64,000 nt of DNA from Schmidtea polychroa (lineage: Eukaryota). The stretch covers positions 37,324,001 to 37,388,000 of the forward strand of contig CM097888.1 in NCBI GenBank assembly GCA_044892525.1, given 5' to 3'. Position numbers and translations under genes: made by a program. The notes beneath the pieces were generated by a model. It did no database searches, was not told the origin of the DNA, and worked only from the letters and a program-made list of their open reading frames with translations. This document shows, one piece after another, positions 38,572 to 50,500 of this stretch (position 1 is its first letter; each line of letters starts with the position of its first letter).

Positions 38572-41500
38572 TAGTTAAACATACATGGCAATGATTTAAT
38601 TATAATTAACTATATAAATTAAGGATTTTAAATAAATTTATTAATTTATATAGTTATTATATCCCACCTGATGGTGACAGGAAAACTGTCGAAATATATC
38701 GTGAAAAGAANNNNNNNNNNNNNNNNNNNNNNNNNNNNNNNNNNNNNNNNNNNNNNNNNNNNNNNNNNNNNNNNNNNNNNNNNNNNNNNNNNNNNNNNNN
38801 NNNNNNNNNNNNNNNNNNNNNNNNNNNNNNNNNNNNNNNNNNNNNNNNNNNNNNNNNNNNNNNNNNNNNNNNNNNNNNNNNNNNNNNNCTGACACCAATT
38901 ATAGCAACTAAGACAAATATCATGATTAATAAAATAAAAAATGTATTAATTATTAATTTTTGATGTAGAGGTTTGCATTCGATCTGAAGCTGATGATGAT
39001 TTGGCTGCGTGCTAAATTGTAATACACACCAACCCATATTATAGATGCGTTTGTTCACTGCAAACGAGTGTATAATCCAAATTGTAAAATAAGTAAATTA
39101 TATATAAATAAATATGTAAATATCTATAAAGTGGAGGCACTACATTATTATTTGATGTGTTTTTAATTAAATATAAATTTTGATAAAAACTTGCAAATAT
39201 CAATTAATTCTTTGTTATAAATATACATATTTTCTTGGAAGCCACATACAATAAATGATATATCATGCATGAGCAAAAAACGCTTCAATCTTATTTTGGT
39301 ATTGTTGATGAATCTATAATTTAAATATACAAATAATTTACCATCGTCTTCTTTGCAATACAGGAATGATTTGATTTCAAATCCATTGTTGACTTCTGGC
39401 AAATCCCATGAAACATGCACTTCATAGGGTGAGATTACTGTAATTTAATCAATTTATCAAATGAAATATTTTATATATAAATTTAATATATTTATAATTT
39501 AACATGAATAATTAATAAATAATTTAGTAGCGACCTAACCAAATGATAAATAGCAGTGCGATATACTATAGGTATATATACTATACTATATCATAAATAA
39601 CACTTTTTCTATTATGATATTAAATTTTGTTACAGTATATTGTGGACAGAGGTGTAATTAATAGGAGTGGGGAGCAATTTGCCCATGGGACCGACATGGA
39701 CATGAGAGGGCGCCAGAAGAAGATTCATTGTATTCGTGTTGGATTTAAAATTTTACAAAGCTCGTCTAAGAAGTCAGAAAAGAAACAACTGCAGTTTTCT
39801 TCCTTCGTCAATATTTCTGTGAAAACAGATTTTGATAGCAACTGTCTTGTTCATAGGGTGACAGCAGAAGATTCTCTTATGTTCACTCAGATTTGATGGT
39901 ATGTGGCCTAGCTGCGTGCAGGGACCACCATAGTAATGCCATTTATTGTATAGATACATCTTGCTGCCTGCATGCGGCTGACTTCATGTGATAGCATTAT
40001 GTAAGTAAATCTGTGTCTAGCTGAGAACTTAAGAAACATGGTCATACACCATGGAAGTCTGTAGCCAGGCTGGAAATTGATATTACTATGATATTTGAGT
40101 CACGAGTACCAATGTCCAGTCTCTAAAAAATTTCATCAGGTATTAAAATTTCAATAGCCAGTTGTCAGCGTTCCTTCAGCAAGCTGAAGCTTATTCTCTT
40201 ATATCTAAGAGTGTCGACGAGACAAGATCGTCTCTGTAATCTTGCACTTCTCAGTATATATAAGGAAACAGTTGAAAAAATAGGCTTTGATTCTAGTATT
40301 GAAAAATTTGTGGGCATGAAGGCGAGAAAAATCAAAAGTGACACTGGGGTAGGTGCAAAATTTATACCTTGTATCCGGGCGCCGAATACTGTCGCTACAC
40401 GCTTCTGATTGTGAATGATTTATTTTAAATGAGTAACAGTAGTAAGCCATTTATGATAATTTTATTCCAAAAAATTTTTTGATTAGAAATAAGTTCTTTA
40501 CATTCTAATCAGAACCATAACTAAGAAAATCGTTAGAAATATACATATTGCATATAATAATGTTAAATGTCATAAATATGGTATGGATAAAAACAATCTG
40601 AAATAAAATGAAAATAAAGTTATCACATGTAAATTAATAAATTATGTTGTCTTGAAAATTAAAATGAAAGTTTGATCATAAAATTATGGTATTATTATTG
40701 AAAGTTGGGTTGTGAAAAAAATTATTAAGGGTGCTCGAGATAGAAAAGTTTTAGTATTTGTATAGAAATAAAACTTAAATTTATGTTTAAATCTTTGTTT
40801 TTATTTTCGTAAAAAACAACTTAATGACTTTATTCATAATTAAACTCATTTCATCAATAATTATTTTTGTACATGCTTCAAATACATTTGATTTAATATT
40901 TAACTAATACCTTATACATAATAACTAATTTAAAATTGCTATTTTATAATATAATTTAATAATATTTTATAATACTCATAAAATGAGTAATTGTAGAGGG
41001 ATATTTAACTACCATTATGCTACATTTAATCACCCATTATAAATATTGTTTTGTGTGTGGTAAGGCTATAATGTCCTAGGACTTCCAAAGAAATAATAAA
41101 GTTAGAACAAAGTTATTTTATATTTGAAATGAAACACAGAGATTATAAATCTATAGTTTGTTTTAATGCATTAAGTATTAATTTAAGTTATTTGGCGATT
41201 TTTAAAAAAAAATTTGGTTCAACTAACCTAAGTATTTCTATGTGAGCCTTACCACATATATTTTCTGCTACATATTCTTGTTACAGTTCATGTTTACATT
41301 GCCATTATAAATGGACAAATAACCAATTAAGAATTGTTATATAATTTTTTAAATCCGCATTAGTATTTTAGTTTAATTTATAAAATAAATACAATAAAAA
41401 GAGAACTATTTATTCGCTATGTATTTTTTACTAAACGCTATGTATTTTATAAACACTTTCTATGTAGATAAATACACAGTATCAGTAGAGTAAAACACTT

Positions 41501-44500
41501 CTATGTTAATTAATTAATTCTAGATATTTAATACATTCGCTAAGTAATTAATTAAAAACTATGTAAAATAAATAAATGCGAAGTCAAGAAAACAAGTTAT
41601 AAGTAAAATAAAAAAAACGATATGTCAATTAATAAAATCCATCAATAAATCAATAAAAAAGCTCAATAAAGGAGCCCAATAAAAATACGAATATAACACT
41701 ACGTTAGTCGCCAACTACAGTTAGCAGAAAACTCTGTTAAAAACTTGAACTATAAATTATTTTCCCACACACCCTTTTGAGCATTTAATTATAAAATTTA
41801 ATATATTTTTGGTTAATTGAAGTGTTTGAGAGTTGTAATGTGAATCTAGTATATCATGAAGGACTGTATACCAAGGGACAAGCATAAAGTTAATAAAACA
41901 AGTAAATAAATTATAAATAATAAGAACACTGTAATATTTAATATCTAAAATAATTTTAATAATTTCAAAAAAATATATGCAAATTAAATTTAATCGAATT
42001 TTTCACTGGTACAATATGTTAAACGAATTCCACTAATTAGAATCAAGTGTTTTTAAACCAATTAAATTATAGCTTCATTTACGCTTCATTTATTATAAGT
42101 AATAATGAAGAATACATAGTATAAAATAGCATACTGACTATAAGAAAGATTTGGCCATCGCTTTGTTGACCGATACTTATTGGACCGATTGGGTGGGCTA
42201 AATAATTTAGTAAACTTTTTACTATACTATAATTTATTTTAATAAATCTTCAACTACTATTAGAATGGGCGATAATTGCTTTATATTATTATAATTATAA
42301 ATCGAGGTTAAACAGGCATAAATTTTGTTTAATTGACTAATTTGTTTAGGAGACCCTTCAATCTTCATTTTCTACTTTTCGTTTAAATTTCCACGTCGAT
42401 TCGTTTTTAAGAAACATAAATTAATTGGCATCTCATAATAAAAAATCAACCATGGCTTTTCAAACTCTCTATATTTCACTCTCAATTTCACTCAAAACTA
42501 AATTTTCAGTATGCGTTCTCAATGCTATGAAATATTTATTACTACGTAAAATCACTTTTTTGCGTAACCAAACGAAACCCTAAATTATGTGATCATGATA
42601 ATGTGATAATGATAATCATATCAATTATCATTATTGATATCATTATTTTTTAACCCTTAAATGCATGATTTTTCCTTTTTTAATACTATAAATTGACACA
42701 GAAAATGCTGCGCCAAGCTGTCAAATTTTGACAATTGAAAAAGTTAACTGCCATATTGTGACAGCTTGCGTTTAGAAACTAAGATAAATATTTTTAGCAC
42801 CTAATAAAAGCAAAAAATACTGTGTTTGAGTTACCGTTTAGAAATTATTTAAGGACAAATACACTGATGTATAAATACATCATCATGCATTTAAGGGTTA
42901 AATTAACTCACTTTCCGTGATCGGATCGATCTGAAATTATGATAGCGTGCAATGTTCTCGACAACGAATTTAACTGCCAAATTTCAGCTCAATCCGATCA
43001 CGGAAAGTAGGTTAATTTGGTGTCACAAAATTTTGCGTAGCACATACAAACATACAAACATCAGCGAAGTTAATATAGAGTAAAAATTGAACAAACTTAT
43101 TAAATAGTGAGAATTAAAAACATTGAAATTGATAAAGATAAAAAATGCTAAAAATTAAATATTCACTGACATGTAACATTCGGTTTTGCTGGTTTATCAA
43201 GCGGAGTTAAATTGTTTATGATTTCCTGGCATTCTTTTTTTACTTCGTCTGATAGATTTGGATTCGGCATACAATTCTAAATGAATATTTTAATACGAAA
43301 GCAAGAAATTTCAGTAATTTATATAATTAAATATTCATCAATGGATATTTTCTAAGAATTTAATAATTACTAAAAACAATTAATTTGAGGCACTGATTGT
43401 GACAATTAGATGAAGAAACAATACTTGTGAATAATTAATTCTCTTTCATTGTATATATGGTCTTTGCTCTCATTAATATGACTAGGAGATGAAAGGAAAC
43501 ATTTAAATAAAGAAATTCACTAAATGAAAATAACATCGTATATATAAATGGGATAAACTAAGGGTTCATAGTTATTAATATGACTTTAAATGAACTTTAA
43601 TAACAACAACAATAACAAAATGTATCATCGGCACTAACTAACTACGACGGAAAATGATTAAACAATTCAAAAGTTTTCATTTTTCGCTTCATTTATTTTA
43701 GTGTACGGTTACGTTATTTGTTTTTTCTTTGGACTTACCACATTTTTAACGGCTAAAATGAAAAATTGTCGACTAAAGTGCTGCAAAGAAAACCTTCAGA
43801 TTGAAGTTGGAGAGTATTTTTGGATAAAATTATTACCATGGACGAGACACCACCTTCACTATATGTTCCACAGGAAATCTAAAAAGTGGAAACTACTTGG
43901 AGAGGTATGTTCTAAGTAGATGAGGTCATCAAAAAGTGTTACGTGATGCTAATGACATTATTCAGGCTGATTTTGTAGAAAGTGTGGTTTGAATTAACTC
44001 CAAACATGTGCAAGAAACAAGGAAGCTCCTAAGAAAAAGCAGGGTGTGTGAGCTCTATTACTTACACGTTAATGCCCCTATTCACACAATTAAGGTTTCA
44101 ATGGGTAAAATTAAGAGTTGTGGGTTTAATGTGCTTCCCCATCCTCTGTATAGTCAAGATTTGGCTCCATCACACTTCTACTTCTTTGATCACCTCAAGA
44201 AATCTCCGCTTGTTTAAAATTGGTAAAAAATGTAATGATTTAAAAAATATATGGCTGAATTTGTTATTTTCGTCAATGGATATGAATGTTCAAATAGATG
44301 AAATTATGTCAATTGACTGGTCGATAAGAAAGGCTATAAATGATGCAACTTCTAAAACTAATTACTGATACAAATGATTACCAACTTTTAATACAGAATA
44401 GTATTAATTATGTTACATGAGCATGGAAATTTTGATAATTATTATATTTACTTCAATGACAATATCAAGGATATTACACCAATGATAAATCATACAGATT

Positions 44501-47500
44501 AATATCTAAAACCAGTCGATGTCATTGGAAATATTGGATCTGCAGTTCCTAAAAGGCGTCGAAGTAGACAACCAGATCAGAGTAATATGGTTAATGGATA
44601 TCAATTTAAAATTATACTCAATCGTATTATAAGGTTTAGAAGATCCCCGAACGCAATTCGAATTAATGAATGCACTGAACAATGTGGTAAAAATTTGTTA
44701 ACCAACAATGTTGGATTTATTACATTTTATTAAGAAATCTAATGATGGTTGAGAACAATAATCATGAATCAGAAATATTTGATAGTTCAAGCTGAAGAAA
44801 TGATAGATTGTAAAAGGGAATCTAAAAGGAAGATTTAAGTTTTACTTAAAATAAAAACATCCGAAGTTTATTGTAATCGTATAATACGAAATACAGGTAT
44901 ACTCGGTAATACGGCAGGTATGGTTCCAGACCACCGCCGCAATGTGAGTCACTTGCTTTTTTTCACACGCTACAAGATATAAATACCTTAAAACTTGTTT
45001 ACGCTATCATTTATTATTTGCGCAATAGCACTAGGCTAAAAATAACAGTTTCAATTTAAATATAAATTATGTAATGAAGGATAAATAAAATAAAAATAAT
45101 ATATTTTAGCTTTAAAAACTTTATTAATATCATTGAAGGAAGATTGAAGGAGATAGTTGAGACTCATCATCTGACCCTTCACGAATCTAATTCTCTTTCT
45201 TGGTGGAGATTCTAGCATTGTATTGATGGTTTTTGAGTAAGTGAATCTTTTCTAACTTTTTTCCAATGAAAGTGACTTCCTACTTTTCTTTTCACTAGTC
45301 TAAGGGGTATGTAGTGAAAGTGTGTATACGTAATATACCTAACACTATTAAATTTGGCGGTCAAGTGGAGAGCGATGCGGGTGTTATGAATGATGCCTTC
45401 AACCTTACATGGTTGCTGTAAGAGCGAGACAAGCGCCATAAAACGAGGCATACCTGTAATTTCCAGTTTTGCTTCTGTGTTGTTAGGAAGTGGCAGGTCA
45501 CACTTTTATTCTGATTCAAGGTAAAATATAGTTCGAATATAGCAAGGAAATTCAAAATTCAATTTAAGATTGGGTTTTCAAAGGCCCACTGTTTATGACT
45601 ATTTTACTAATAAACGTAGTCGGTCTAATAAAGATAATGGTAATGGTAACAATAGAGCAATAAAGTCTACTTCTTGTTTATATACGATTTTACGATTTAT
45701 TTTCAAAGTGTTTTACTACTCAAGATTTATAACAAAAAAATAACTAAAAAATAAATAAATAAGTATAACTCCTAAATATCTAGCAATTTTTTCTTAATTA
45801 TACTAGCAAATAATTTGTACTTTATTTGATTCTTGATACAAATAGTCAACAAGACCGAGGTTGCCAATTTTATTGAGTCCTTTTATGATCATCACTTTTT
45901 TGAGTCATGCTATGTTAATATGTCAATAAAATTTGTTTAATTTTGTTTTAAGCAGTTTGAATTGTAATAATTTACAAAGAAATAAAGTTTTCCTACTGCC
46001 GACTACAATTTAATAAACATTATCCTTACTTAATTCCACTATTAGTATTAATGATTTAACACTAGATTTACGGACTGAGCCAATTTGACTCATTCAATAT
46101 TTTATTGCTACATATATATAATACTGATTTTTTTGAATACATATGTTTGTTTTAAGATACGTCATGGAATATAGGTAAATATTAATTACTCTCCTTTACC
46201 TATTTTTACTGATATTTTTATCCGTAAATCTAGTGTTAATGATTATTTATATTTTTCGTTCAAAAAAAATTGATCAGAAATAAAGGCTTCTTGAGAGTTT
46301 GAAAATGCAATCAAAATTGAAAAATAAAAGATATATAATGAACCCCAATATCTAATAATATGAAAAGATTTTAAATGAATCTTACTTTTACATGACTCAA
46401 TATTGTACCATTTTTTCTCAGCAATTTGCACCCAAGGGGCTTCTTACTGATGATTTTTAAAGTCCTGTAGAATTTAAATTAATAAACATATGATAAAATA
46501 ATATGAGTAAAATTGTAAATAATAGATTTTTATTCAACTGTTGGATTACAAAAGCAACCGACAAGTCAAAGTTTCTTGATCCTTGTCATTGAACATTGTC
46601 ATTTTAAAAAGGTTAAAAACTAAATGAATTGAAGAACGAAATAAAGATCATATACTTTTTAGAATATTATTTTTAAAAAATTAAAGAAATTAAATTTTCA
46701 ACAAAATCAATAATTTTACGTCATGCCAACTATTCCAAACGAGTGATAAACCAAAAATTTGTCGTGATACAACATTTCCAAATTGAATATGATGTAATCA
46801 GGGTATTCGGATGTCATATATGGTTGATATAGAATTGAGAATATAGTTAAACATAATTTCCCCACGATAAACATCACTTTAACAGCATACCCGTGATATA
46901 TTTTCCACTTTGTGTTCTTCATTCTTTCTATATTTGTAGACGAAGAGCAATAATATCACCCGCTCATTCTGTGATTCAATCTTTTCCATAAATATTTAAA
47001 AAAAATTTTAAATGTTATTTGAAAGTCAGAAGAATATTCTTGGTTACTAATCTATTTGTTTTAAATTATAGACAAATTTTGGTTCTTTATAAACCACTTT
47101 TATATCTGTTTGAATGTTCTCTACTTTGCTTGTTTTGACATTATTTATAATCATTATAGTTAAATCAAAATGTTGTATATTTAATTAACTTTAACTCTTC
47201 TGGCGCTCTTTTGTCGGTTCAGTAATTGTTTGTTTTATTTAATTATTTATATTTATTATTATTATAATTATAATCCTAGCCTCTATATGGCTAATGAAAT
47301 TGCTCCTTGCACGAGCCCAACCCCAACATTTTATCTTCAAAATTCCCTTTGTAAAACTTAAAATTTAGAAATGACAAAATTTAATTGATTAAACACACAA
47401 ATACACAAATTTAAAAAGTATAAACAAAATAAAAATGCGCTGGGTTATTAATAAAAATCTGACTCTTGTGTTCTTTAAGTTCAAAAATTAACAACAATTC

Positions 47501-50500
47501 AATCAGTTTTTTACAAACTATTAGCCAAATGTAAAATAAACCCTTAATTTGTTTGGTTGACACCGTCGTCAAAGGTTAAAACTGTGTCGTTATTTTTTTA
47601 AATATTCACAAAATGACATGCTTTCATTTTATTCGTTTTCTAATTATTTTTCTCTTTTCTGCTCTCGTTTCTTCATTGCCCCTAACCGAGGAAATTTAAA
47701 TAGAAAAAGTTTGATTAAATTTAAAACTTTTAATTGCATATTGATTTTGAATGAATGTTTAAAAATAAAATTTATTTTTTAATAAAAAGCTTTTAAACTT
47801 AATTTGGTCTATGATTCTTAAATTTTTTTAATAATTTTATTCATAAACGCAATTTAAAATTCATATAGTTTGTCGTTTCTACCTAATCATGGCAGTGAAC
47901 CTGTCGAAATATATTGTATAAGTNNNNNNNNNNNNNNNNNNNNNNNNNNNNNNNNNNNNNNNNNNNNNNNNNNNNNNNNNNNNNNNNNNNNNNNNNNNNN
48001 NNNNNNNNNNNNNNNNNNNNNNNNNNNNNNNNNNNNNNNNNNNNNNNNNNNNNNNNNNNNNNNNNNNNNNNNNNNNNNNNNNNNNNNNNNNNNNNNNNNN
48101 NNNNNNNNNNNNNNNNNNNNNNNNNNNNNNNNNNNNNNNNNNNNNNNNNNNNNNNNNNNNNNNNNTTATTTATAAACTTTTTACACTTACAAAACATCAA
48201 ACCAGATTGTCTCATCATCATTCGATGACAATAAGTTTGTCAAGTTTAAAATAAGTCGGTTGAATGATTCATGATTGATGACCATCTTTAAACCTTTATC
48301 AGAGCCCATCACACTGCTGAGACAAAAACAAGAATTTTTCACAAACGCCATTTCACTACCGTTGGTCATATCAATTAGTTTGTCAATCTGAAATTTTTAT
48401 AATTATAATATTTCCTAAAAATATTCGCAAAATATTTAAATGAAGTTTTTTTTAAAACATTATATTGTATTTTGCTTTACGAGTATGATTATGTATATTG
48501 AACTCGTGACTTTGCCAGTAAATGCCGAATTAGAAACCCCTCAAACAAATAAATATTTTGATAAAATATTAATGTTTAGAAAAACCGTTTTTAAATATTT
48601 TGTTATTTTGTTAGATGCTTTGTGAATTATAGTTAATATTTAGAAAGCAGATTTGAAGAGCTTGATTTAAAGTTTATTAACAAAACATAACTTTGCTAAA
48701 TAAATTTATCAACTCAATAAGATGATTTTGTCAAGCCTCTAAACCATTATCTATTTTGTTCACCTTTCAGTAAAAATTTTATTTATCTTCATTTTGATTA
48801 TTGATCAATGTTTCTCCCTATTAACACAAGTTGTCGGCACTGACTTTTTTTTTGAAATTGTTTTATTAAATATGGGTTTTAATCCCTTATGGATTGTACC
48901 ATTTCTTCCTCCCTCGGGATCTATGCTTTCAATAAAGTCAATTACTTTTTGTACCATATATATGAAATAGATTGTAAACAGTTAAGATGATTCTTTTTCT
49001 TCATTTTTTCCTCTTATTTATCATTGTTCTCATATCCCTTTAATTCAATAAGATAATATTATGACAAATCGTACACTTATTACGGTAACATTTGGTGTCA
49101 AATTAATTATTTTAAATTTAAATATTTTCCAACTGTGTTTAAGTGAATTCGAGTATATCAAAACAACTAAAATTATTAATGATGCTGATATAACTTTCGT
49201 ATTTAAGATAAAATTTAACTTACAAACTTCAACTGATAAATAAGAGAAGTATATGTCCCTATTGTTGATTCTTTATCGAAAATTCTTCCTAGCCCAAATG
49301 CTGCATTCATTCCTCTTCCTAAAATTATTGAAATTATTTAAAATCAAAGATTTTATATAATACTTATGTGCCATCATGCATCAGTTTGATCATGCATGTT
49401 GAACTAGCGGCTCTTACAATAATTATTTGAGGGTTCCATAAATTTTCAAGTTATAAACCACCGCAAGAAATATAAAAGTTTTATCGCATTTTCTCAAAAT
49501 TTTACATTCATAAAAATAAATTTTATATTTTTATTAGTGTAAGGATTTTAAAAACTCATTTAAAATTAAAAATAATTAAAGTACTTATTTATATTTTGTA
49601 TATATCAATTATATCAAAAATCAATTAGCAATATTTTAGGTCAATTTGTGCATTAATGCCAACATTACAAATGCCTCAGTTGTTTGAATATTTGAAAACA
49701 AATTGAGCAGGTTTTGGAGGATTTTGATATTTTATTAAATTGTTTAAATTAGACATTTAAATTAGACAATATTTTTTTGTTAAAAATATAATTTATGATT
49801 TAATAACATAAAACTATAATTTTTCTTATAAATATTAAAAATGTTTTATTTTATGTAAAATTATATGTATATTACTAATGATAATAATAATATAAATAAT
49901 AAATGTTAAATACCTGCATTATCAACCGTTAGACAATAAACAAGATTGATTATGATTTTGTCAAGTAAAGGACTGTTAAGCAAGAATGTGTTACCAGTAT
50001 CATCAATACTTATTCTGAATTATCAATGAATAAATTTATTTTTAATTAATTTTATTAAATTCAACGTTAAATACAAACCGTGCTATTATTAAAGCTGCAT
50101 TACTGGAAATACAAAGATCCGGAGATTGTAACAAAACATTCACTTTATTTAAAAGGTTTGAAAGACTTTTTGGCCGAGATAAAAAGAATTGCCTTCCATC
50201 AGAACTTTCAACCTATATACAATGCCAAGTTTGCTTCATTACAAAAAGAAACTAACTAAACTGCCAATAGTGCCAGTGACATTTAGTACAGTCTCAAGAT
50301 CAGTACTGTCAAGTAAAAATAATAAATGATCTATTGAATTATTCCTGTCGAAATTTTCTTTCGATAAAATTTGGATAATTTTTGATCGACCATCTTCAAA
50401 TTCTGCCAGTGTCCCCAAAATAAATGCGGTATTTCCAACTATTCTAAAATTTCCACAACAAAAATCTTGAAGATTTAATGACAAGGTATCATTTGCTTTT

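Noticed and set aside
45610-45690. SOCS-box-like LPLPLSLLDRL on the minus strand
   Set aside because: Short and low-complexity, with no splice support.
48890-48960. Extra ARM-like exon (MVQKVIDFIESIDPEGGRN)
   Set aside because: It has no acceptor AG, and the flanking exons at 49224 and 48387 already join in frame.
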